Source: Chrysomallon squamiferum (Eukaryota; Animalia; Mollusca). From it: DNA of 64,000 nucleotides. The stretch covers positions 22,072,001 through 22,136,000 of the forward strand of contig CM022667.1 in the NCBI GenBank assembly GCA_012295275.1. Direction: 5' to 3'. Made by a program: the position numbers and the translations under genes. Position 1 is the stretch's first letter. Every line of letters starts with the position of its first letter. The notes beneath the pieces were generated by a model. The model searched no databases, was not told where the DNA came from, and saw only the letters and a list, made by a program, of their open reading frames with translations. This document shows, piece by piece, positions 13,775-27,100 of the stretch.

Positions 13775-14160
13775 GTAACAGTAATTATAATAAGAAGAAT
13801 AAGAAGAATAACAATAATAATAATAATAACAACAATAATAATAGTAATAATATTATAATAATAATAATAATGTTGATGATGATAATTATGATGATGATAA
13901 TGAGAAGGAGGAAGATGATGAAATAATGAAAAAGTAACAAATCAACAACAAGTGAGTTGTGAATGCTTATTCTGCTTTTGGTTGATGTTACATAATCGAT
14001 TTAGGAACAATGCGCTCCCCCTCTGAATGTTAGAAAGAAACCAGATGTATGCACAGGCCAAGTTCATTATATACAGAGGTAATCAGGTATTGCGGTAAAC
14101 CAGGTTTTTCTATGAAATGGGAATTATACGAACTGGGAATCTACCAAATGGGAAGACACC
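12339..14160 (+). mobile_element. Non-autonomous TIR DNA transposon (MULE/Mutator-like), copy A, 1822 bp
   Basis: Perfect 8-bp TSD GTGAAAAG (12331-12338 and 14161-14168); GG...CC termini; imperfect TIRs built from ~15-bp TCCCA(T/G)TT(G/C)GTAGA units; near-identical to copy B. Confidence 0.9.
12481..13140 (+). mobile_element. pogo/Tigger-derived MITE nested in copy A
   Basis: TA on both sides; TIR CAGTAACATCTCGCTTAACGAT versus reverse complement CAATAATACCTCAGATTAAAGAT; frameshifted remnant from ATG 12761 reading MSKR..NSIPANADDKRNRR/ITLETKYIIL, similar to the KRK..ITLE.K..II N-terminal HTH of Tigger/CENP-B transposases. Confidence 0.7.
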
Positions 14161-15647
14161 GTGAAAAGATGTTCAGCACAAATGGTATTACAATCCCACG
14201 ATCAGATACTATATATGTATTATGGGACAGCTAGACATGTAACATCTTTGGTACCAGTGGTCATGTTGATTGGTCACCTTTTATGCTAATTATTTTAATT
14301 ATTCAGATTGGATTCAACATAATTAGCTTAATTTACTAGCAGAACAAATCTTTTACTTTTTCTTTTAATACTGTAACCAAGTTTAGATTAAACTATACAT
14401 ATTGATTAAAAGTTTCATTTTAAAATTATTTTACAATAATAAAAATACAGTCATATTTCTTTATTTGCTGCAAAAGTATTTGTTTGTATTCCTTATCTTT
14501 TTTCTTTTTTTGTTCCTTGTGGTATGTCCTGCTCATAATGAAAGATTATTCTTATTTTTAGATTCCTCTATACAACAGAATAAAGAAAGGATAGAAGAAA
14601 CAATATATAAATATATTTTTTCTTGAAATAGAATATAAGAAATAACTATTCCGTGTAATCAAAATTTTGCAGTTTACAGTGTTCTTATGATGTTTAGTAA
14701 TAAAATTAAGTAATAACATCCCAAAATATAAAACATTTTGAAAGTGAAATGTAATACAAAAATAAATTATAAAATTAAAAATGTTGTGATATAATAAAGA
14801 CAATTCTCTGATGAAGATTTATTTTAAATAAATTATAATATTTTAAACCAAATTTCTAACATTAACAACAAAAATTAAAAAGGCTTTTTCTGGAGACTGT
14901 TTTTCTTCATTTATAGTTATATTCTGTTTTCAGAAGAAGAAAGAAATTTGAATCAGCATTAACTCTTCAAGTAACTCAAGGAAACTACAGTATCACACAG
15001 TTTGCTGTGTTTAACAGGCATGATGTAAAATGCCAGCAGTGGCACAGACAAGACGCCTGAGATAGTGTTCCTGGGAGTCTAATAAGGTTTCCTGTTACAC
15101 AGCAATTACAGGCCAATTTCTCCTTATGTATGGATGTTGTCATAATTACTGTGCTGTAGATTATCTTGGAGAAATAGAGATAAGCTAGGTTCACAAGGTA
15201 GAGGAGAGATGCTGTGGTTATGATAACAATGTTAGATCAGATACTGACATACCATACAATGACTGGCATCCTTACAGAATAAGTTTTTCACTGGAAACAG
15301 TGTAAATTTAAGTTTTAAAAAATGGTTTTCTAAATAAAATTGACTGAAATAAAGTGCTATTCTCTAAGAAATTTTCATGGATGCTTTTTCAAAAGAAAGA
15401 TAATTAATTATATTTTATTTTTTTAGAAAACCTTTTAGAAGACAGTTTGTTGTAGAAATATTCCTATCTGGTATTATACATCATTCTCTAAAAAAATTAT
15501 TTTATGATAACATCAATAATTACAAAAAGACAACAGCTACAGATTCAGGTTTTGATATTTTAGTTTATCTGACATTACTGGCCAGTTCAATATTAATGTA
15601 AGTTAAATATATCTTCATGAATATTTAGATAAGATGTATAGTCTTAC

Positions 15648-15800
15648 CTTCTTTATTATGGTTACATTTAGCTCGGCCATCTGTTGCTTCATCAGAGTAG
15701 TCACCACAATGGTCAACTTCATCACATACTAAATCTTTATCAATGCAGTAATTATTCTGGCACTGAAAGCTTGACCCACACTCCTTGAATTTTTTAAAAT
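15648..15800 (-). CDS. Exon 5 (153 nt, symmetric phase 1-1): LDL-receptor class A repeat
   Basis: Acceptor TTTTTACAG, donor GTAAGA. Translation CGSSFQCQNNYCIDKDLVCDEVDHCGDYSDEATDGRAKC has six Cys and the LDLa FxC..CI...CD...DxSDE motif. Confidence 0.96.
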
Positions 15801-15928
15801 CTGTAAAAATAAAAATAAATATTATAAATCATAAATATAATTTATATAAAATGTTTTATACTTAATGGTATCTCAAATAGGAACCAGTTAAATGATTAAA
15901 AAAATAATAATAATTAAAAAAAAAAGTG

Positions 15929-15980
<52 letters not shown>

Positions 15981-16766
15981 TATATACAACATAACTAAAT
16001 TGCACTGAAGGCCTTCTGCAGGAATGGAAGACAAAGAGTGAAGGTAAATTTTATACCAGCAAAGGTTATCATTTTCTGGGTGCTTGTTATATGTAATTTA
16101 AAGCAACACACCATTATCAAATTCAAACTACAACAAAAACGATAAATAATCAATTATAAATCCTACCAATGTTACTATGGTGACTACTACAACTATTGCT
16201 ATTACTATGTCAACTACATATACTACTACTCATGCATACTTGGTACACTATTACTACTGCTACAATTATTATTATTATTTATCATCATAAAATGAATTAT
16301 TTATTTTCAAAAGAAGTTGCTTCAGAAATACTACTCTTGAAGTATGCTATTTATTACTAGCAGGTTTTTCTCCTAATAATTTAAACTGAAAATCTGTAAG
16401 TGATTGTAACCAAAATCAACAAGTAAAATTGAAATAATACTAAACAATTTTATGTTTTCATTGCAGAAATTAAATAAATTATCTTTATTTCCAGGAAATT
16501 TTCAAGCAAGAAAAAGTGCCTTAAAATAAAAAATGTTTTATGTTAAAATGGAAAGTCAAGTTATTTATCAATTATTCTTAGATTATATGGAGCTATAAAT
16601 CCCACAATGGGAGTGGGTGAAGTGGGGTTAAGCAGCTTATCAGAAGTAACTGGCAGATAGCAGGATGAAAATGGACATCTGGAATCTCATCAATCATGAA
16701 TGCCATTCAGTGCCCTCCCAACCATTATCCCCATTCACAAATATCTCACAGAAGATTCATAACCCT

Positions 16767-16800
<34 letters not shown>

Positions 16801-19800
16801 AATACACAAGCAATGATTTTTTGTGGTCTGCCATTTAAATGCATAGAAGCCAACTCAAAACATTTATGTTTTTCTTATCATAGAGGATTTGTTTGTTGCA
16901 TTTTTGTGAGCTATGTCTTGTATGCCAAAAAGAAAAAATCGACTTCTTTAATTACTTTCAGATCCTTGTTACAGTCACTAAAATAAGAAATACTTAAGAA
17001 ACAGACTTTAGTTTATTTTTAATTAGACAAGTAACAATAAAGAAATATTTAAATGATAAGTAACTTTCTAAAGTTACCATATTCTAAAGTGTATATTCTA
17101 TGTACCAAAACACTTTTTTCAAAATTGTATTTAATCTGTGATCATCAAAAATAACTAGGCATTATTACAGATCACTTTATAGCTATGTAAACATTAATAA
17201 TGTGGGAAATTTCACTACTAAAAAAAAAATGTTTATAAGAAAAATATTCAAAAGAGATTTAATTTAATTAATTTATTTATTTATTATTATTATTTTTTTT
17301 TTTTTCACTAGACCTCTTGCTATAAAATTAAAATAACCTATGATCTCTATAAATTTTAATCCAAAAATATTAATCTTGGAAATGCTTTTGCCAAGTGGTA
17401 CCAGTTGGCTTTCATACATTAAATAAACCCAGTCTGTTCCAAGAACAAATTCTAAAATATTTTTTTAAAAAGCAAGATTCCAACAGAAAATGAGCATACA
17501 TCAACTAGACTCACCAAGAATTTACTACATATTAGCATTCCTGAATAATGACAGGATGTAAATAGAGAAATACTGTCAGAGTTGGATCTGTTTTAAATAA
17601 CTGGTTATTCCTAATCTGAAATTTATATTAAATTATATTATTGAATGAAAGAACAAAAGAAAAGGTGAAAAACAAAAAAGAATACATAATAATTATATTT
17701 AGGATTTTCTCAAACACTAAAAAAAAAAAGAGAAAAATAAATCTATTTCCTTTTGTAAATTATATAAAGAAAAATATAACAGATGGAAAATGTCAGAACT
17801 ATCACAATTTGGCTTTTTTCAAATTACTCCGAAGATAAAAAAACCCACAGTAATAGGTGCAGTAAATTTGTGCTTACAACAGAAATTAATTAGCAATGGG
17901 AAGTTATTACTAATACTACTGAAAACAGCCTGGGTCATTAAGTGCAAGAAGAATGGACCATTAAGTGGTAAGAAGGAGGATTGTATCATTAATGTCTTAT
18001 CATTACACAATATAAATGAGTATTCAGCTGTATTTGGACAAACATTTCATCAAGGCAGAGTTACTAAATAATTCATTTGTGCCCAGGGACCACTAAATAT
18101 GAACCAATAAATATTCTCCTGTCTGGTCCCCCTGTGATAAATGCAGATTATTACATTATCAACTGACCAACGGGGTATTACATTTCAAAACCCATTTAGC
18201 AACATATATAACCTGTCACAAGTTCTCAATCTGAAGGACATTTCCAATAAATAAAAAAGTGACATTGTTACAGGATCCAGAGATAGCAATATTGAATGTG
18301 TTAAATGTGAATAATTGTATTTCCATTGCCATGTGGAAAAACTATAATTTATAATTAAGTATATATGACCCTTTAATAGGCTAATTAAACACATACATTC
18401 TGTATTTTATTTCCATAAATAAAAATAATAATTAATAACTAAAAAAAAGCACGATTACATGTAATAATATATATAGGCCTATATATATATGTGTGTCTAA
18501 ACAAGAACTCTTTGTAACAGAATCAAGTAGTTTTGTTAAGATATTTTTAAAAAATGTACTTAATTCATGGTTAATTTATATTAAAGTCAATCTTTCTGAA
18601 AACTGGCCTGTTTTTTATATTTATATCCACACACACACACTGCTTTGTCTTGGTTTGTTAAATAAATTTTCTTATACAAGAAAACCAGTTGGGATTACTT
18701 TGTTTTTCAAGTAACAGTACTCTTGGTATTTAAATGATGAAAGTATAAACAATTATTTCCTTTTTTTTGTAATTTTCTTCTTTTATTTTCGATTTCCTAA
18801 GAATAATCCTACATTTAAAATCTCATTTGTTGACAATGAAAAAGCAAAAAAATAAGTGAAAAGAAAGAAAAAAGACAGAGAAACTGCAAGAAGTAAAGAG
18901 AAGCAATAGAAAAAAAGGCAGTTCATTAATTTTCCTCCACTTTACTTTTGTCATCAGCCAGCCTGGAGTTCGGCTGTTGTTATATGCCCCAAGGCAGGAA
19001 GTTACCATGGCAAAGAATTGTGGGAAAGTAGTGCATTAACTCTATTTGAAATTTCACACGTGATTAGTTAAGAGTGATTACAAAAAACACTATCCAGTCA
19101 AGTTGGAAACAAATTTGTGTGACTGTATTAAAAAACAACACTTCCAGAAGAACCATAAAAACTATGATTATTATTATTTTTAATAAACTGGCAATCTTGA
19201 AGCATCAATGTGCAGCTAAAAGAAATTGGAATTATTATTATCTTTTATTTCTTCCTTACATCATTATTAAAATTTAAGAAAACAACTTTATTCTTTGATT
19301 CCGTTTTCTTTTGTAATCAGCCATCCACTTAATAATATAATGGTGAAGAATTATCAAATGTTTTGTAACAATTATACATATGATTATACTAATGATATTT
19401 ATTCTATATTTAATATAATACAAAATATTCTCTCTCTCACATACTCACCACACACATGCACACACAGAGTAAGGAATATTCTTTTATCACCTTTCTGTGT
19501 AAAGTAATTTTACAACCTCTGATAAATAGTTGATACAGGCTGGGCAATAAGCTATAAGGAATATATGCTCTTATGACCTTGTATGGTTTAGTCATGTACT
19601 CTAACTGCAGAATGATACCTGCCCTATTCAGCTCTATTGGTAGTGTGAGAGGGTGCAAGCTAGAGTAGAACAAATTAATAAACTAGCAAACTGTTCTGTG
19701 TTTTTGTTTTTCTCTGATAAAGTTTAACAGATAGAATTTTTATCTGAAAAGTAATTCTAGCTAGAATTTAAAACACAAATCATTCATTATCAGAGCTGTA

Positions 19801-20641
19801 TGAATTCACAGTTTTCAGGACTAGCCATCCTAACTTGTCAGGTCTCACAGAGAGTTTTTATCAACACGCTAATAGTAGTAACACTATTTATACAAGCAGA
19901 TCACATCTTACAACTGCTATAATTATCACAATGCCTGTTTCTAACTTTAGAAGAATAAAAGAATATGGAAAAGATTTGATACATTTAGGTAACAGAATGA
20001 AATAAGTGTGTTAATTTTTTTTTTTACTGTAGCATTTCGTTTTATTTGAAATCAGATATTGGCTTGTTTTTCACATCCATATACTTAGTGATTCTTTAGT
20101 CATGGATTGTTTATTTTAAATGAAAAACCAGTTTTGATTAGTTTGTTTTTCAAATACTACTAATTTGGATGTCTAATAGATCCATCATTCCAACAGAAAT
20201 GATTATATTTTCAACATATTTCTTTGATACAAGTTTTTGGAGGATCTGAAATGAAGCTTAAGGGAGTAAATAACTGTGAGCTAGTTGATAAGAAGATAAA
20301 ATGAAGATACCCAGACTATTCTGACATCTGATCAAAGTCATTTAGAGATGAAGAAACCTGCATCCAGTGGATATCTGACAAAATGTCTTGGATCTAAATG
20401 GACACTAAAAATGACTACAAGGATCACATTAACCTGTATTATTGGGTGTTTTTTTTTTAACATATATAGCAAATGTCTTTAAACATATCCATTCATGAAA
20501 CAGAAACTATCAGATGGAGTGAATAAAGCAAAAGAGAGCGGTGTATGTCCCTGGAGTGCTATTATTACTGCCTGGAGTTTATTGTGAATGTTGCATGTAA
20601 GAGATGTTTGATCGTTGAGAAAATTCATGAATTATTCTAAG

Positions 20642-22456
20642 GGCTTAGTCCAATATGGTAGAATCCCATTTCGTAGAAAGGCTAAATGTGGTTCAGTGGT
20701 CTTATTGACATGTTTGGTTTTACCTCAGTCATTTTAATGAACTGCTCCAGATTATTTGGAAAGCAATTATTATTGTATAAATACAGTAACATCTCGCTTA
20801 ACGATACCACGCTTTAACAATCTTTCTTCTTTACAAATTATATAAATAGAAATTTAATTTAATAGTTAATTGCTCGAAATAAATGATACAAATGTATACA
20901 GTGCATGTTTTTAAGTCCTTTTTCTTTAATTTTTCGTTCATTCGCGAGCTTCTCTCAGTTGTGTTGATCAGTTGACACGTCATATGTGCATCTGATATTC
21001 TGATTCTCTTTTGTCTTCTGCTTCGATTTAGACTTAAACTTGTTTGTAATTTACCCTTCCAATATGTCAAAACGAATAACAGTATCCTGGCAAATGCTGA
21101 TGATAAAAGAAACGGAAGATAATAACTTTAGAAACAAAATACATTATCTTAAATGAAACCAAAACCCACAATGAGCGGCATATACTTATTTCTTAATGTA
21201 TTTGTATAAATTGATTTGTAAATGATTTACTGTTTATTTAATATCTACAATCTATTAAATCATTTATGTCTAAACTGCCGTTTTATTTCTCCTTATTTCA
21301 CCTTTTTTTTTATATCAGATCTCATCAGCAAGAAAGTAACCACTGCTTTTAACCTTAATTCTATGTAAATTAGTCTCCCGCTTACCTCACTTAATTATTG
21401 GAAGTTTTGGAACCAATTACATCTTTAATCTCTGATTATTATTGTAGTATGGATATTGCTTATCGCATAAAGTATGCAAATATGACAAATATCGAAATAA
21501 TCTATGTATCGAATATAGTGAATGTAAATAATTAAAAAAGAAGGTATTTATCTAAAAGTATTCCCAATGATTTGGTCCTTCGTATGAACTTTTTCAGTCA
21601 TAGCCAAAGTATTTGCAGGTCATAATATCTTTAGTGTACACACTATTAATATACTATGTCACATATATTGTATAATATGTGCACAATCTGAATATGTATG
21701 TGTGCATAATGTAAATATGATCAGTAACAGATATCTTGTACATGTTTAAGCTGAATACGGTTGAATTCGAAAAGTTAATGATAAATGTAACATTCTAATA
21801 CTCTATTTACTGAATATAAGTAAATTACTCATATGTAAAATATGTTTTGTTAAAAATTATATTTGCTGAATTAGTTATTTATAATATTTTTGTCGTATTC
21901 TCTTACAGAAGCAAGCCATTTTTCTTTTCTTTCATTCTTTTTTCGTTTTGTATTTTAACAGATAGATGAAATTGATGTAAAATTGTTTATTATTGGTTGC
22001 TTGTTTTGTAACGGAAATGAAATGTTTATGAATTAGAAATGATCAGTTTAAAAAATAATAATAATAATAATAATAGTAACAGTAATTATAATAAGAAGAA
22101 TAAGAAGAATAACAATAATAATAATAATAACAACAATAATAATAGTAATAATATTATAATAATAATAATAATGTTGATGATGATAATTATGATGATGATA
22201 ATGAGAAGGAGGAAGATGATGAAATAATGAAAAAGTAACAAATCAACAACAAAAGTGAATGCTTATTCTGCTTTCGGTTGATGTTACATAATCGATTTAG
22301 GAACAATGCGCTCCCCCTCTGAATGTTAGAAAGAAACCAGATGTATGCACAGGCCAAGTTCATTATATACAGAGGTAATCAGGTATTGCAGTAAACCAGG
22401 TTTTTCTACGAAATGGGAATTATACGAACTGGGAATCTACCAAATGGGAAGACACC
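20642..22456 (+). mobile_element. Same transposon family, copy B, 1815 bp
   Basis: Perfect 8-bp TSD ATTCTAAG (20634-20641 and 22457-22464); colinear with copy A end to end. Confidence 0.9.
20784..21444 (+). mobile_element. pogo/Tigger-derived MITE nested in copy B
   Basis: Same TA-flanked CAGTAAC...TTATTG segment at the equivalent position. Confidence 0.7.
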
Positions 22457-22523
22457 ATTCTAAGAGAAGATAAGAAGTCTGGGGATCTTCTATCTGTCAT
22501 AGTACTGTGTGCAGACCTGAACA

Positions 22524-24140
22524 GGTAGAATTTCCAGTTCATCTAATTCCCAATTCATCGAAAAAATTCATCTACTGCAATATGTGATGGCATTGTTCCT
22601 AAATTGATTATGTAACATCAACTGAAAGCAGAATAAGCTTTCACTTTTTCATTATTTTATCCTCTTCCTCCTCCTCATTACCATCATCAACATTATTATT
22701 ATTATAATAGTACTGTTATTATTGTTATTATTATTACTATTATTATTGTTATACTTCTTCTTCTTCTTCTTCTTCTTATTATTATTATTTAAGCTGGTCA
22801 TTTCTAATTCATAAACATTTCCTTTCCATTACAAAACAACCGACCAATAATAAACAATTTTGCATTATTTTCATCTATCTATTAAAAAAAGAAAAAAAAA
22901 AAGGAATAAAAGAAAAGAAAAAAGTGGCACAACATGTTTTTTTTAATTCTCATGGCTTGCTTCTGTAAAAGAAAACAACAAAAATATTATTATAAATAAC
23001 TAATTTTATTCAGCAATATAATTTTAAAAATACTTACTTTACATACGAGTAATTTTCTGATATTCAGTAAATGGAATATTTGAATGTTACATTTATCATT
23101 AACTGTTCGAATTAAACCATATTCAGCTTAAACATGTACAAGATATATGTTACTGAGCATATTTATGTTATTCACACATACATATTCACATTGTGCACAT
23201 CATTGGCAATACTTTTAGATGAATACCTTCTTTTTTAATTATTTACATTCACTACATTCGATACATAGAATATTTCGATATTTGTCAAATTTGCATACTT
23301 TATGCGATAAGCGGTATCAATACTACAATAATACCTCAGATTAAAGATGTAATTGGTTCCAAATATCCAATAGTTAGAGTGAGGTATCATTAAGCAGGAA
23401 ACTAATTTACATAGAATTAAGGTTAAAAGCAGTGGTTACTTTCTCGCTGATGAAATTAGACATAAAAAAAAAGAGGTGAAATAAGGAGAAATAAAACAGC
23501 AGTTTAGACATAAATGTTTTAATAGATTATAGATATTAAGTAAACAGTAAATCATTTACAAATCAATTTATGCAAATATATTAAGAAATAATTATATGCT
23601 GCTCATTGTGGGTTCATTTTTGTGGGTTTTGGTTTCATTTAAGATAATGTATTTTATTTATAAAGTTATTGTCTTCTGTTTTTTATCATCAGCATTCGCC
23701 TGTATACTGTTATTTGTTTTGACATATTGGAAGGGTAAATTTCAAAAGAGTTAAGTCTAAATTGAAGCAGAAGAGAAAAGAGAATCGGAATATCAGATAC
23801 ACATATGAAGTGTCAACCGATCAACATAGCTGAGAGAAGTTCATGAATGAACGAAAAACAAATGAAAACAGACTTAAATACATGCATTGTACCCATTTGT
23901 ATCATTTATTTCAAGCAATTAACTATTAAATTTCTACTTGTATAATTTGTAAAGAAAAAAATCGTTAAAGCGGGATATCGTTAAGCAAGATATTACTGTA
24001 TTTATACAATAATAATCAGTTTCCAAATAATCTGGAACAGTTCATTATAATGACTGAGGTAAAAACATGCATGTCAATAAGACCATTGAACCACATTTAG
24101 CCTTTCGACAACTGGGAATTCTACCAGATGGGAGTAAGCC
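22524..24140 (-). mobile_element. Same transposon family, copy C, inverted and more diverged, ~1.6 kb
   Basis: Reverse complement of A/B with internal deletions and one terminal ~15-bp unit missing; flanks ACCTGAACA (22515-22523) and ACATGAACA (24141-24149) look like a TSD with one mismatch. Confidence 0.88.
23326..23998 (-). mobile_element. pogo/Tigger-derived MITE nested in copy C
   Basis: Reverse-complement copy TA-CAATAATACCTCAG...GATATTACTG-TA. Confidence 0.68.
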
Positions 24141-27100
24141 ACATGAACACAACAGACAGAGAAATAAACACATTAATCATCAACATCTTTTACCTAATAT
24201 TATATTCATGAAGACAGGTTATTATGTATCTAATGGCAAACTACATTCAGTTCAAAATTAAAATAAACTTGTTGTATCATTTTTGATATTAATTTATACA
24301 CATCTGAAGTATGTCCATTGATTACTTTTTCTTTTCAATCCTACACTTTATCAATCACTTATAAATACACACTTAAACATGTGCTCACACACATACACAC
24401 AAAGTTAAAACATATGCTTTTATTTTTGTTTATCAGTTTTGTATTTCTAATGAAGAATGGGTTTGTATATGAGTTTGAGTTTGAGTTTGAGTTTGTTTCT
24501 GTGTGTTTTGTGTGTTTGTATGTGTATGTATTCAGTGTATAAAGAATCTGTATGCAGAGTATTATTCATTTTGCATTTATTTATATTCAAATCATAATAT
24601 TTCACACTTTCTTCACGTACATATGCAAAGATGTATATCCAATCTGAATGAAAAGAATATATCAGAAGATGACAGACACACATAACCATTCTACTGACTA
24701 ACTGACAGAAGACAATGAAAATAACGGAAAATGTGACAGATGGATTACCAGTATGTCAATTAGACATTACCATCTATATGAAGAAATTAATCTCTGGCCT
24801 ATATGACACTAACACAATAGCACTATACAGATTATATCAAACAGAATGATCTATAACAAAAAAATGTTCAAATATATACAAAGAATATGTCAGCTGCAAC
24901 ACAAAAAAAAAACAGCAAAAAAATCCTTCTAAAAAACTGTAATAATGAAATAACCATTTATTATATAGAATATGCAGTTGAGTGAGTGTGTGTTAGTGAG
25001 GACTCTTGAAATTATTTACAACACTGCAATTCATTTGAAATTTAATTAAATTAGAAAAATAACTAAGCATTCTGTGTTTTTTTTAATTATTATTTTTTTT
25101 AAGCTGTTGTTTGAAAATAGTTCTGAAAAGAAATAATAATTAACATTTAGAACATTTTAAAATCTCCATCTGCACTTTAGAAAACGTTTTGTTTAAAATA
25201 ATCAATTTCATTTCCAAGTCAACAAATGCTAGCTTCACCAAGACTGTAAAAACTGTAGCATTAATATTCCCTATAATGCAGTATTCAATACAAATAATAT
25301 CAGCATGTACAATAACAATGAAAACAAATTAAGTAGTATACTTCTATACACAAACTGATTAAGTAGCAAACTTCTGTACAAGTTCTTATGCGTGACTGGC
25401 TGAAAGAAACCTAATCAAATTTATACCCAGTGGCAAAGTTTATTAATGTTTATAATAAAATTAATAAAGACACAGAAGCTAAGGTACAAATGTGAGCAAA
25501 AAATACTTTAAACAGCAAGACAGCAAGAATATGAAATATATATTTCTAAGGTAGAAAATTCTTTTTATGACACTTTGAAAAAATGTCATGCACATTTATG
25601 TTAAAATACACAAAAAAGCAAATATATTGGGTATACTCGTTCTTGTAGACAATCAGATGAACAATGATTAATGTGAGAACTGTAATCTGCTATTATTAAA
25701 TAACTTGTGCCATCTGAAATTGATGTAAAAACACTCAGGAAACTTCTGTGTGAAGATAAAAGTGATTTCAAATTTATTTCCAAAGTACACTATTAACAAA
25801 CATTTTATCCTGCATTCAGACAAATGTTATTGGTTTATTACTTAATCAGATGCAGTTGTATTCATTTATTTTTTTTATGTCTTTATGAGACTTGACAGAA
25901 GACAGATGAATGCACAGTATAAACATATGATAATTAACTAACCAATTCACTTAAATTTTAAACAATTAATTGAATAAAATTTTAACAGACCCTCAGTAAT
26001 GATAACAGGTACAGTGCACAAATGTGGTCTAAAATTTCCTGTGATCATGATTGTTTTAACAATTGTATATGATTTGTCTTCAAGGACCACACAAATACCA
26101 TTACTTTATAAAATCTATCCTCTGTATGGAGAATTGATGTTAAAGGGCTGGAATAGGTTTTCTGTGTTGTGCTAATCTTGTCAATGTTCTTCTAATGGTG
26201 AACTTTGATGGAGTTTTTGTTTCTCATTACAGTGTACATGCAATCTTTACATCAGGTGGAAATCACTTGTCAGACGTGATTAAATAATAAATGTGTCTGT
26301 CACACATACATGTTTCCTGCTGGCAAGATGGATAGATACAAATGGATATTTTGTGTTATGTTCATTTACTTCTCACAGTTTCTGTTAACTAACTTTGTTT
26401 GTTTATATAACTGCATCTCCTGTGATGACTGTGAGATACAAAATAATTTCAATCTCACAGATATAGAAGAAGAGGAAGAAGTACAAAAATAAAAGTTTTT
26501 AACAAAATCCTTTCATATTCTGAGACAAATATTTGGAAAACATAATATGACAAAAGGTTGAAAATAATTTTAATAAAATTTATAAAGTTGTATAAAGATG
26601 GCTACATGCTTTATGGATGAAACCTTGTAGCCTGGTTGTAGATTAAATATACAGCCTGATTATAGTGACTGAGACAGAAGTACAGACACATAATGAACCA
26701 GACTGATTAGCCAATATACTTACCAATAACATGGTGAACAGAAACTTGCTTGTTCTCTTTTGAAAAAGACTAGAAATAATATAGCACATATTTTTCAAGA
26801 CCAGACCTACAAGATTAAGATCTCCAATAATTATATTACAGCCATACTTTAATTAATACACTGTTAATCACATTTTTCCTTCTTTTTTTTAAAATAGTTT
26901 TAAAATAAGTCATTGATGTTGTGTTAACAGGGGATGAACTTGGGATAAAATAAATACAAACCTCATTATAGATGTGATTTATCAAATGACAAGAACAGAT
27001 AAACAGTCTCAATGTAAATGAATTTCAAAATTTGGCAGATGTCAAAAAATAATGAAGAGTATGCTTGAGTGTACTCATTTTACATAACAAAAACAAGTTA

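Noticed and set aside
22039-22227. Poly-Asn/Ile/Met ORF
   Set aside because: It is the microsatellite cassette inside transposon copy B.
20642-24140. Interpretation as one large foldback element with 1.6-kb TIRs, or as an assembly inversion artefact
   Set aside because: Each arm has its own TSD and its own pair of termini, and the arms differ by many substitutions and indels.
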